A stretch of 64,000 bases of DNA from Acidobacteriota bacterium (GTDB lineage Bacteria; Acidobacteriota; UBA6911; RPQK01; JAJDTT01). The translations under genes were made by a program, and so were the position numbers. Below are positions 10,561-19,634 of the stretch, piece after piece. The notes under the pieces are model-generated. The model was not told the origin of the DNA, searched no databases, and saw only the letters and a list, made by a program, of their open reading frames with translations. How positions within the stretch are numbered: the stretch's first letter is position 1; each line of letters opens with the position of its first letter. The stretch is taken from the NCBI GenBank assembly GCA_965263035.1, contig OZ253580.1:960001-1024000 (forward strand), read 5' to 3'.

Positions 10561-10852
10561 GCGACTTGAGTATCTTGGTGATTGTCGAGTGCCTGAGGGT
10601 CACCTCGAAACCTCGAGCCATCCGGGATTCGAGATTGATTATGGCCTTCGTCGGCAGAATTGCATAAATTATAAGGGCAGTCGTCGGCAAGTCAAGGAAC
10701 CCACGGCGAGGCCCTCAAGGGTTTGGCTATCGTTCTCAGCGGCGAAATCAAGAACCGCTATCCTTTCGTCCTAGGCAGTGGAGAGTACAACGGCGTTGCC
10801 CGCAAAGTCATGACGAATTGAGAATTCCGTGCTTTTTTTCCGGAGAAGAACG

Positions 10853-12646
10853 ATGCACAACCGACGAAGATTCTTGAGTAAGGCAGGCGCTCTCGCTGGC
10901 TTGGTCCCCGCCTCACTCAGCCAGAGCCTGCAAGGAACTGGGCAAACCCGGACCAAAGTGAAGCCGATCAAGAGACGACGGCGACGGATTGTCTGGAACA
11001 ACGACGGCAGCGACATGCTGCAGCCGGCATACGGCGGCGGAAAATGGCCGATCCCGATGAATTCCGTACAGGATTTTCTGGAGGGTACGCTCAAATGCGT
11101 GGAAGGCACTCAGGTCGACAGCATCTTCTATTGTGCCCACGTGAACGAGCCGGACTGGGAGATTCCCGCAAGGCACATTGAGGTTCTGGGGGCGAACCCG
11201 GTCAAGCACGTGGTGGATTTTGCCCACCACAACGGAATGGAGTTTTTCTACACCATCCGTATGAATGACGTTCACGCGGGACGCTACCCGCCCAAAGCCT
11301 CTTACTGGCCGCCCTTTCGGCTCAAGCATCCGGAACTGCTAATGGGTTATATCTCCCGCGAACACTGGGAGAAGAAAGTCACGCCCTGGGTCAAGCGTTT
11401 CATGGCCATCGAAAAGGAACGTTGGGAAAAGAAGCTTTACGATCCACAAAAGACAGTGGAATTGCGCCGGCTGGCCGAGGAGGAACATCCGCTCAAGGAC
11501 GTGTTCCAGCGCGACGGGGTGGCCTCGCGTGACCTGTGGTTCTGGGCAGGTTACGACTGGGCGCTCCCTCCCGTGCGAGCTCGTTACCTGGAAGTCGTCG
11601 AAGGCGCTTGCCAACGGTACGACCTCGAGGGCGTCGAACTCGACTGGTTGAGACACACCAGGTTTTTCAAGCTGGGCGAGGAACGCCGAAACATCCCCAT
11701 CATGAACGACTTCGTTCATCAGGTGCGCCAACGTCTGGACCACTACGCCCGAGAAAGAGGCCGTCCCATTTTGCTGGCGGTAAGAACTCCCGACACGATC
11801 GATGCGAGCTTGTCGATCGGATTGGATCCGGAGACGTGGGTCCGTGAAGGCTGGGTCGATCTCGTGATGGCCGGAACAGGCCTGATGCCGTTTTCAGTTC
11901 CCATGGACGAGTGGGTCGACCTCGGGGACCGTTACCACGTCCCGGTCTACGGATGCCTGGACCGCTTGTATGCCACGTTTCGCCCCGGCCGCCCCAAATT
12001 CGACATGCGGGACCCCGACATCGAAGGAGATGACGCATCGCACTACGATTGCGTTCATGCAGCTTGTCATCGCTTTTGGGAGGAGGGTGTAGACGGCATC
12101 TACTTGTACGATTGGCACACGCATCACGGCCCCACCGATCCCCGGGATTACGGTACCGTGCCACGGGTCGGTGAGCCCGGTCCTCTGGCGCGCCGAAACA
12201 AGCTCTATCGAATCGATACGGATTATTACTACTCCAGCGGCTCCATCGGGGACAGCTGCATGCCCCCTCAGCTGCCGAGAGCTTTCACCACTCAGGCGGG
12301 TCCTTCCAGTGATCGCTTCACTTTGCGGATTGCGGACGATCCTGGAGCCGTTGTTCGCGCGACCCTGCAAACCCGGTGGAAGCGGCCCGGGGACGCCAGT
12401 CGAGCCAGTTGGCAACTGAACGGGACACCTTTGTCAGACCCCCGGCCCTTGTCTGTCAAAGGGTATGGAACATCTTACGGGTTCGGGTTTCAGGAGGAGG
12501 CCGGTTGGAGCGCATTTGAAGTCTCCCCCCAAGTCTTGACAAGAGGAGATAACAAGCTGGAGATTGTGGTCCAGCCTCCTGGCGCCGGTGACCCGGCCAA
12601 GCCCGTCGAACTTCTCGAAATCCGCCTCTCGATCGGCTATTCCTGA
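10853..12646 (+). CDS. Tat-exported putative glycoside hydrolase (DUF187/GHL10-like TIM barrel plus C-terminal beta domain), paralogue 1
   Basis: MHNRRRFL Tat signal; WNNDGSD, IRMNDVH, EGVELDWLRH, DGIYLYDW motifs. Confidence 0.75.
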   Translation: MHNRRRFLSKAGALAGLVPASLSQSLQGTGQTRTKVKPIKRRRRRIVWNNDGSDMLQPAYGGGKWPIPMNSVQDFLEGTLKCVEGTQVDSIFYCAHVNEPDWEIPARHIEVLGANPVKHVVDFAHHNGMEFFYTIRMNDVHAGRYPPKASYWPPFRLKHPELLMGYISREHWEKKVTPWVKRFMAIEKERWEKKLYDPQKTVELRRLAEEEHPLKDVFQRDGVASRDLWFWAGYDWALPPVRARYLEVVEGACQRYDLEGVELDWLRHTRFFKLGEERRNIPIMNDFVHQVRQRLDHYARERGRPILLAVRTPDTIDASLSIGLDPETWVREGWVDLVMAGTGLMPFSVPMDEWVDLGDRYHVPVYGCLDRLYATFRPGRPKFDMRDPDIEGDDASHYDCVHAACHRFWEEGVDGIYLYDWHTHHGPTDPRDYGTVPRVGEPGPLARRNKLYRIDTDYYYSSGSIGDSCMPPQLPRAFTTQAGPSSDRFTLRIADDPGAVVRATLQTRWKRPGDASRASWQLNGTPLSDPRPLSVKGYGTSYGFGFQEEAGWSAFEVSPQVLTRGDNKLEIVVQPPGAGDPAKPVELLEIRLSIGYS

Positions 12647-13000
12647 GCTTCTGTCCCAGATGCGGAACACTGAACTTGGGGAAAGGCAGTTATCGAGCGG
12701 TTGGTGACTCGTGAGAGCATTGACCGCTTGCCGCCGGTAGAGAGAGTTATGCTCAAACCCTCTTCAATTTGTGTGGCAATCCTTGTCGCCGTATCCCTGG
12801 TGTGGGCAGGGTCGCGAGATAAGGCCGTTCTCTTCGTGAATGAAATCATGACCGCCAGTGCCTTTACCAATGGGGCAATGGATGAAGATGGAGATTTTCA
12901 AGGCTGGATCGAACTCTACAACGGCGGAGAGAGTGCGATCGACCTGACTGGCTATTACCTTTCCAATGGGGATTATATCCCAAAGTCACAATTCGACCGG

Positions 13001-13180
13001 TCATTCGGTCTTGAACTTGAAGGGCCGAAGGAATGCCTTGCGGGCCTGTTGGAGAGACGATCCAGGCATATCAACCTCTTCCCTCAGTTCTTTGCGATTC
13101 GGTTGGTAGGACCGCTTGGGAAGGCGTATTGTGGCGGGTTTCTGTATCGTGTGGGCGGATCTTTGTTGACGGCGCTTCAT
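13001..13180 (-). CDS. Small basic 'SYQP' passenger protein of IS1595 copy 1 (59 aa; absent from the ORF track)
   Basis: MKRRQQRSAHTIQKPATIRLPKRSYQPNRKELREEVDMPGSSLQQARKAFLRPFKFKTE; similar in sequence and position to 15926-16141 and 16234-16416. Confidence 0.7.
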   Translation of the reverse strand: MKRRQQRSAHTIQKPATIRLPKRSYQPNRKELREEVDMPGSSLQQARKAFLRPFKFKTE

Positions 13181-13446
13181 GGGAGATCAGTCTCGCTCTT
13201 TTGCAGCCAAGGGCATTCCCCGCGAGAACCTGGGACCCCGTGTGGACACTATTCGATCCTTCCTGGGGAGGACACGTTCCTCCAGGTTTATGGCCGCCTT
13301 GGTATTCACGAAGTGGTGGTCCCGGCTGAACCTGCACGCAAAAATCTCATCACGCATCTCTTGGATCGGTTCAGGGACTCTGTTCTCGGCAGCAAGGGAT
13401 GATCTCGACAGGGTTCCTCCTTTCAGATCCAATCCAATCTGAGTAG

Positions 13447-13482
13447 AGGAACCGAGAGACTTTGGCGGGTGGCTCGGTTCCT
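13447..13482. other. Hairpin between the transposase and passenger ORFs of IS1595 copy 1
   Basis: Perfect 10-bp inverted repeat AGGAACCGAG/CTCGGTTCCT with a 16-nt spacer. Confidence 0.6.
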
Positions 13483-13519
13483 AACCTGATCTCAGTCTTA
13501 CCGATCCGGCTTTTTCAAG

Positions 13520-14515
13520 TCAACCCACTGCTGGTCTGGCTCCACTGTCCAGTCCGTTGTCTGCAATAAGTTCCGGGTACTTGATGCGCTTGCCGATCAT
13601 CCCGACAGCGACCATTCCCATCTGGTCTTCCGTGTCCGCTTCGCGGATGTTGTGACGGCCCGAGAATTCATTGACGTATTGGTGTAGGTGCTTGGGGCTC
13701 AGCTTGTGGAAGGTGCCCATGTGCGCCCTTTTCAGCATGGACCAAAAGCTCTCCACGCCATTGGTGTGAGCCTTGCCCCGGACGTATTCGCCAACTGAAT
13801 GCCGCACGGTTTCGTGGTTCGGGAGAGCGTGGTAAGTCAGGGCATCGTCCGTGTAGATCTTGGCGCCGGGTTCCATCTGCTCCATGATGAAGCGGCTCAT
13901 GGTTTCGCTCTTGACATTGGGGACAACTCTGGCAGAAACCTGCTTCGTGGGTCGGTCTTTGATGCCCGCCACAGCCGTCTTTCCCACAGATCCTCGACCT
14001 GTCAATTGCTTCCTCTTGGCCTTTGGCATGTTCTTCCGCTTACCGCCCCTATAGGTCTCATCAGCCTCTACCGGACCTTGAAACGTCCCGGTGCCGATCT
14101 CCGCGGCCTTGCGGAGCCGAGCCAGCATGAACCAAGCGGCTTTCTGGCCGATGCCCAGCTCTCGGTGCAGCTTCATGGAAGAAATGCCCTTGATGTTGGT
14201 GGTGAAGAGATAGCTGCCTACGGCCCAGACGCGATAAGGGAGCTTGGTGCTTTCCATGACCGTTCCCTTGCGGATGGAGAACATAGGCCGCTTTGGACAG
14301 TCCCGGCAACGGTGGGTCATGGTCTTGTGCTTGATGCCACTTTGGACGTTGAATGATCCGCAGTTGGGGCAGAACGGACCATCCGGCCAAACCTGCTCTT
14401 CCAGCCACTTTAAGGCCGCTTCGTCGTCCCGGAACTTGTCCGCAACTTGCAGCAGAGTGAGTCCTTTTCGGTGGGCTTTCCCAGGCGCTTTCTTCATCCC
14501 GTTTCCCTCTCTCAT
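13520..14515 (-). CDS. IS1595-family transposase (intact)
   Basis: Zn ribbon CPNCG...CRDC, HTH (SSMKLHRELG), catalytic VEADETY/IYTDD/HTNGVESFW. Confidence 0.95.
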   Translation of the reverse strand: MREGNGMKKAPGKAHRKGLTLLQVADKFRDDEAALKWLEEQVWPDGPFCPNCGSFNVQSGIKHKTMTHRCRDCPKRPMFSIRKGTVMESTKLPYRVWAVGSYLFTTNIKGISSMKLHRELGIGQKAAWFMLARLRKAAEIGTGTFQGPVEADETYRGGKRKNMPKAKRKQLTGRGSVGKTAVAGIKDRPTKQVSARVVPNVKSETMSRFIMEQMEPGAKIYTDDALTYHALPNHETVRHSVGEYVRGKAHTNGVESFWSMLKRAHMGTFHKLSPKHLHQYVNEFSGRHNIREADTEDQMGMVAVGMIGKRIKYPELIADNGLDSGARPAVG

Positions 14516-14855
14516 TGTGACTAAATAGTAACACGGAGGGGTGACAGAATCAAGCGTTTACGGAAGGAAATTGTGACTTTGGGATATAATCCCCTTTCCA
14601 ATGATCCTCAACAGCCCAGGAGGTGGAGATTCCCGGACGGCCGCGTTTCTCCTCAGGAGTTTCTGATGGTCTGGACGTCCGCCAAGAACAAGGTCGGAGC
14701 AAACGGAGAGCTGCACACCAATTTTCAACTGTCGGGTGCGGAGCCGGTTCTTCTCACCGCCCCTGACGGAAACACATTGATCGACTCGCTCCAGGCCCCG
14801 TCAGAAATCGACCGGGACGAATCCTACGGAAGACATCCTGACGGGCACGAGGATC

Positions 14856-15674
14856 TACTGTCCCTACTGCGGGGCCACCAATGTCCAGATTGGATGCAAG
14901 CATAAGACGATGCCGTTTCGTTGCCGTGAGAAGGAATGCGGAAAGCATTTCAGCATCAAGACCGGGACCTTCATGCAGTCAAGCAAGATCGGCTATCAGA
15001 ACTGGCTCTACGCCTTCTACCTGTTCGCCACGAATCTGAAGAGTGTTTCCAGCATGAAGCTCCACCGCGAGCTGGGCATCACGCAGAAGTCAGCCTGGCA
15101 CCTGGCACACCGGATTCGCCAGGCCTGGAACTTGGACCCGGAGGAGAGATTTTGGGGTCCGGTCGAGGTGGATGAGACTTGGTTTGGTGGCAAGCGGAAG
15201 AACATGCCGAAGAAGAAGCGGTCTCAGTTGAAGGGGCGCGGCCCGGTTGGGAATACCGCTGTCGTGGGCGTGAAAGACCGGAAGACCAACCGCGTGTCGG
15301 CTCAGGTTGTCGAGGACACGACCCAGGAGACACTCCAGGGATTCGTCCAGGATCGGATCGACCCGGACGCGGCGGTCTACACGGACGATTCCTCCTCCAA
15401 TGCATCGCTGGACAATCATGAGTCCGTCCGTCATTCCCAGTTGGAATACGTTCGGGGTTCGGTTCACACCAACGGCGTTGAGTCCTTCTGGTCGATGTTG
15501 AAACGGGCGTATATGGGCACCTTCCACCGGCTGTCAGAGCGTCATCTTCACCGCTACGTCGGCGAGTTCGCAGGACGCCACAATATGCGGGAACTGGGAA
15601 CGCTGGCTCAGATGTCTCTGGTCGCTGATCGGGCCATTGGGCAGCGGCTCCGGTACCAGGATTTGGTCAGTTGA
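14856..15674 (+). pseudogene. IS1595-family transposase lacking its N-terminal ~40 aa
   Basis: YCPYCG...RCREKEC, VEVDETW, VYTDD, HTNGVESFW; the start region present in copies 1 and 3 is missing. Confidence 0.85.
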
Positions 15675-15935
15675 ACCGGACTGAGGTGGCGGATTCCAGT
15701 GCCATCACATTCGTCTCGATAGACGAAATGACTACCTTCTCGGTCTTGGCATCAGGCCGAGTGAAATCCTGTTCAACGTCTGGACCAAGGTCGAGGTCTC
15801 AGAGCAACAAGCCGGGCGTCTTGTGAGGATGGCGGAAGGACGATCCGTTACCTTCAAGCTCACGAAGCGACCTGAGCAAATGCATCCGATCGAAGACCTT
15901 CCCCGCTGGGCAATAGGGCTGGAAAATGAGCAATA
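15671..15935 (+). pseudogene. Truncated cargo gene remnant of IS1595 copy 2 (possibly nuclease-like)
   Basis: TTG overlaps the transposase stop. After a frame break it reads GGGFQCHHIRLDRRNDYLLGLGIRPSEILFNVWTK...LVRMAEGRSVTFKLTKR...LENEQ*, overlapping the next ATG. The nuclease assignment is only from recalled resemblance. Confidence 0.45.
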
Positions 15936-16141
15936 GGAAGTCCACAGTTCGCAAGAATCCGAAATCCAGAACCGTAGAACTGGTCCATTCTTCTTACCAG
16001 CCGACGAAGGCGGAGAAGGAAGAGGAGTTCAATTTGAAGGTGCCGGGAGAGACCCCATTAGATCGAATGGGCAAGCTGGCGCGGGCAGTCCTCCGTCCCG
16101 TCAAACCCCGGTGGATCAGAAAGCCCAGGAACCGTCGTTAA
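15926..16141 (+). CDS. Small basic 'SYQP' passenger protein of IS1595 copy 2 (71 aa)
   Basis: TVELVHSSYQPTKAE...LARAVLRPV..RWI..PRNRR; the stop lies 8 nt before the TIR. Confidence 0.75.
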   Translation: MSNRKSTVRKNPKSRTVELVHSSYQPTKAEKEEEFNLKVPGETPLDRMGKLARAVLRPVKPRWIRKPRNRR

Positions 16142-16233
16142 TGCTTGCGTTTCGGGACTTTCGTATATAATCCCCAATAGAAGGGCACTACAAGGAAATG
16201 GGGATTATATACGAAAGTGCCGAAACCTGAGCA

Positions 16234-16416
16234 TTAACGCCGGTTCCGTGGCCGGTCTATCCATCTGATATTCACGGGCTGGACCAATGCACGGGCCAGC
16301 TCCTCGAAGTCTGCTTCCACGCGCATATCCTGTTCCAGTTCGGCCTTGGTCGGTTGGTAGGAATCCTTGACCAGTTCGATGGTGGGATGTTGGGGATTGT
16401 GTCTGGGTTTCTTCAT
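16234..16416 (-). CDS. Small basic 'SYQP' passenger protein of IS1595 copy 3 (60 aa)
   Basis: TIELVKDSYQPTKAELEQDMRVEADFEELARALVQPVNIRWIDRPRNRR; its ATG overlaps the cargo stop (ATGA). Confidence 0.75.
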   Translation of the reverse strand: MKKPRHNPQHPTIELVKDSYQPTKAELEQDMRVEADFEELARALVQPVNIRWIDRPRNRR

Positions 16417-16435
16417 GCGGCCCTCGGCATCCTAG

Positions 16436-18200
16436 CCCGGATATCTCATCAGAAAGATTGATAAAGGCCGCGTTTTCTGCTATAAGTGTTGTGTAATCAA
16501 TAACTTACAAAGCAGAAGGGACGCGACCTTATGACCGCAGAGTGTACCAGAATAAAGCTCAGATTTCAGGGCCTGGACGGACGGGATGTCGTGGGCCGGT
16601 TCGACGGCGGCGAGATCACCTCCGACGCCGGTGGCGTGCTCCTGCGCGAAGTGGAGCAGCGGACCCGGATTCTGGGTCGTCTGAGCGAATGCTTCACCGA
16701 CTATCGAGACTCGGATCGAGTCGAACACCCGGTGGAGGCGTTGATCAAACAGCGGGTGCTGGGGCTGTGCCTGGGCTACGAGGACCTCAACGACCACGAC
16801 GAGTTGTGCCGGGACCGGCTCTTGGCGCTGTTGTGTGATCGAGATGATCTGACGGGGGAGTTCCGGCGCGTGGAGTCGGATCGAGGCAAGCCGCTGGCAG
16901 GCAAGAGCACCCTGAACCGACTGGAGCGGACTCCGTTGGAGGGACCGGAGGGCGCGTACAAGAAGATCGTGGCCGACCCGGCGGGGATGGACGAGCTGCT
17001 GCTGGAGGTGTTTGTGGAAGCGCATCCGGAGCCCCCGGAGGAGGTGATCCTGGATGTAGACGCCACGGACGATCCGCTGCATGGGAAGCAGGAGGGACGG
17101 TTCTTCCACGGCTATTACAAACGCTACTGCTACCTGCCGCTGTACGTCTTCTGTGGGGAACACCTGTTGCGTGCGCGGCTGCGCACGGCGGATCGAGGCG
17201 CGGCCCACGGGGTGGTGGCGGAGTTGGAACCAATCGTGAGGCGGCTGCGTGAAGCGTGGCCCCAGGTGCGGATCACGGTTCGAGGGGACAGTGCCTTCTC
17301 CAACGACGAGTTGATGGTCTGGTGCGAGAAGGAAGGGATCGATTACGTCCTGGGGTTGGCGCAGAACGATCGGCTGAAGCGGAGGATCGCGACCCGGATG
17401 GAGACCGTCCGGCAGTTGCAGCGGGCGATCGGGAAGGCCGTGAGGCAGTTCCAGGAACTGCGCTATCAGACGCACAAGAGTTGGTCGTGCGAGCGCCGGG
17501 TGGTGGCGAAGGTGGAGCACCTGCCCCGGGGAAAGAACCCGCGATTCATCGTGACTTCGGTCCCGGTCCAGGAATGCGATGGGCGAAGATTGTACGAGGA
17601 GGTCTACTGCGCGCGGGGAGACATGGAGAATCGGATAAAGGAACAGCAGATGGGTCTGTTTGCGGACCGCACGTCGACCCGGAAGCTGGCGGGGAATCAA
17701 CTGCGGTTGTATTTCTCGGCATTCGCCTACGTGATGATGGAGACGTTGCGACGGGTGGGGCTGGCGGGGACGAAGCTGGCGCGGGCGCAGAGCTGGACCC
17801 TGCGGGTGAGATTGCTGAAGATCGGGGCACAGGTCCGGATCACCAGCCGCAAGGTCTGGTTGTCCTTTTCCGAGAGCTATCCGTATGCGGCGCTGTTGAG
17901 GACGGCTCTGACGCAAGTGCAAGCCCTCCCGCTTCGCTGTTAGCAACGGATGGAAAGAACTCTTTGGACGATGGCGACTTGGGAGTCCCCAGGATGGACT
18001 GCGCCCCGGAGTGGGCACCGGGTCGAGAGTCGTCGCTCAGAAGCGCAGGATGGGCGTCAAAAGGCTCTGGAGAAGCGCTGCATCTGGCCGTTGGTCGGCA
18101 CGTTCGAGCACGAAAACTGCCTCTTGAACTCGTATGGATAAAGAATCACCCAGACGACGGTTCAACTTCCGTTTATTGTTCTACTGATGAGAAATGCAGG
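16436..18200 (+). mobile_element. IS1380-family element, copy 1 (1765 bp)
   Basis: Imperfect TIRs CCCGGATATCTCATCAG / CCTGCATTTCTCATCAG; CTAG duplicated at 16432-16435 and 18201-18204. Confidence 0.95.
16531..17943 (+). CDS. IS1380-family transposase (intact)
   Basis: FDGGEITSDAG, GYEDLNDHD, LDVDATDDPLHGKQEG, RGDSAF, YCARGDMENRIKE. Confidence 0.95.
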   Translation: MTAECTRIKLRFQGLDGRDVVGRFDGGEITSDAGGVLLREVEQRTRILGRLSECFTDYRDSDRVEHPVEALIKQRVLGLCLGYEDLNDHDELCRDRLLALLCDRDDLTGEFRRVESDRGKPLAGKSTLNRLERTPLEGPEGAYKKIVADPAGMDELLLEVFVEAHPEPPEEVILDVDATDDPLHGKQEGRFFHGYYKRYCYLPLYVFCGEHLLRARLRTADRGAAHGVVAELEPIVRRLREAWPQVRITVRGDSAFSNDELMVWCEKEGIDYVLGLAQNDRLKRRIATRMETVRQLQRAIGKAVRQFQELRYQTHKSWSCERRVVAKVEHLPRGKNPRFIVTSVPVQECDGRRLYEEVYCARGDMENRIKEQQMGLFADRTSTRKLAGNQLRLYFSAFAYVMMETLRRVGLAGTKLARAQSWTLRVRLLKIGAQVRITSRKVWLSFSESYPYAALLRTALTQVQALPLRC

Positions 18201-18683
18201 CTAGGTTGCTTCCCCTCAAAGTAGTCTTCCGGCGTGTAGATTTGAATCTTGGGCAGGTCCATGAAGCGTCCGGCGTTGACGGCGGCATTTCTCATGCCGT
18301 TGGTCACTCTGTCTCGAAAGCAGGTGAAGATGCCGAGATCAGCTCCGGCCTGTTGACGTGCGCCGTTGAAGGCTTGGACGTGTCCGGGATTGGTAGAGCC
18401 GCCTTTGACCTGAGAAACGATGTCAATGAACCGGCCCTTGCGGATCGGGAGCCGTCCCACGCCGTCAATTCCGCCATCCCGTCTCTGGATTCGGTTCGGC
18501 TCCATACCGTCCACCAGAGCAGCAGCCCACCTCTCAAACCGGAATTTATCGATGCCGGCAAGCTCCTGAGCGTGTGTGATGGTATGGGGAAGGCCAATGT
18601 ATTGGGTGTGTTCCCAACGGATTCATCCGGGACATCCTCCCGCATGACTTCAAGGTGGTCTCCAAAGATCAGTCGATTTTCGT

Positions 18684-19634
18684 TCAACCCACCAAATCCT
18701 TGTAACGCAGCCGCTTTCCCACCATCCGGTCAGCGACCAGGGCCATTTGATCCAACGTGTCCATGCGCCTTAGGTTGTGACGTGCGGCAAACTCTCCAAC
18801 GTATCGGTCGGTGTGCTGTTCCGAGAAGTGGTGAAAGGTTCCGTGGTAACTCCGCTTCAACATGGACCAGAATGATTCGGCTCCGTTGGTGTGGCAGTTG
18901 CCTTTGACGTACTCCTGAAGAGAATGTCTGACCGTCTCGTGATGGACAAGCCGGCCGTAAGAGGTTGAATCGTCCGTGTAGATCTTGGCATCTTCTCCCA
19001 CGTGCTCCAAGACGAAACGGGAGAGGGTTTCAGACTTGGTGTCAGGGACGACTCGGGCCGACACTTGGTTGGAGGGGCGATCTTTGACGGCAGCCACGGC
19101 CGTCTTTCCAACGGCTCCACGTCCCTCCAGTTTGGCGCGTTTGGCCTTCGGCATATGCTTCCGCTTTCCGCCGAGATACGCCTCGTCAGCCTCGACCGGG
19201 CCGGAGAACAGGGCCATTCCAGTCAGGTTCAGACCTTTCCGTATCCGGTGAGCAAGGTGCCAAGCCGTCTTCTGTGTTACGTCCAGGTCACGATGCAGCT
19301 TCATGGAGGAAACGCTCTTGAGGCTGGTAGTAAGGAGGTAGGTCGCAAGCAACCAAGTCTGATAGCCGAGTTTGGAGGACTGCATAACCGTCCCGACCCG
19401 GACGCTGAACCGCTTGCCGCAATCGCGGCAACGATACGGCATGGAAGGATGCTTGGCTCCGGTCTGGACGTTGGTGGAGCCGCAATGGACGCAACAGACT
19501 TCCTCCGGCCACCGCTGCTTTATGAACCATTCCTCAGCGGCTTTATCGTCGGGAAATCTCTTGAAGAATCCGCGAAGTGAAAGTCCCTCTCGGAACGCCT
19601 TGCCGGGTGCCTTGTTCCGTGTCTCGTAACTCAT
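18684..19634 (-). CDS. IS1595-family transposase (intact), copy 3
   Basis: ATG 19634 after AGGAGG; CVHCG...CRDC, VEADEAY, IYTDD, HTNGAESFW. Confidence 0.95.
   Translation of the reverse strand: MSYETRNKAPGKAFREGLSLRGFFKRFPDDKAAEEWFIKQRWPEEVCCVHCGSTNVQTGAKHPSMPYRCRDCGKRFSVRVGTVMQSSKLGYQTWLLATYLLTTSLKSVSSMKLHRDLDVTQKTAWHLAHRIRKGLNLTGMALFSGPVEADEAYLGGKRKHMPKAKRAKLEGRGAVGKTAVAAVKDRPSNQVSARVVPDTKSETLSRFVLEHVGEDAKIYTDDSTSYGRLVHHETVRHSLQEYVKGNCHTNGAESFWSMLKRSYHGTFHHFSEQHTDRYVGEFAARHNLRRMDTLDQMALVADRMVGKRLRYKDLVG

Larger units (their letters stand above)
12968..14594 (-). mobile_element. IS1595-family element, copy 1 (1627 bp)
   Basis: Perfect 26-bp TIR GGGGATTATATCCCAAAGTCACAATT; 8-bp TSD TTTCCAAT at 12960-12967 and 14595-14602. 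Confidence 0.95.
12749..14855 (+). pseudogene. Secreted lamin-tail-domain (CotH-associated type) protein, interrupted by IS1595 copy 1 and truncated at about 14855
   Basis: Signal peptide, then VNEIMT...DEDGDFQGWIELYN...DLTGYYLSN | IS | DPQQPRRWRFP...LHTNFQLS...DESYGRHPDG. The frame is restored when the IS and one target-site duplication (TSD) copy are removed. Confidence 0.85.
14856..16175 (+). mobile_element. IS1595-family element, copy 2, left end deleted
   Basis: Transposase sequence begins abruptly at YCPYCGATNVQ, fused to the lamin-tail gene. Right TIR (reverse complement GGGGATTATATACGAAAGTCCCGAAA) at 16150-16175; no left TIR. Confidence 0.9.
16413..18687 (-). pseudogene. DNA methyltransferase/restriction endonuclease fusion relic (cargo of IS1595 copy 3), internally deleted and interrupted by IS1380
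   Basis: The start MNENRLIFGDHLEVMREDVPDESV resembles an N6/N4 MTase N-terminus and breaks just before the expected DPPF motif. In a shifted frame it continues YIGLP...DKFRFERWA...DGGIDG...SQVKGG (Mrr-like D-QxK nuclease). Removing IS1380 restores the end EGKQPRMPRAA*. Confidence 0.75.

Noticed and set aside
12701-13402. 233-aa ORF as a genuine gene
   Set aside because: Chimeric: the lamin-tail N-terminus reads through the TIR into antisense IS1595 sequence.
17950-18141. 63-aa ORF after the IS1380 transposase (duplicated at 23257-23448)
   Set aside because: Its repetition only reflects the IS duplication; no SD or motif supports it.
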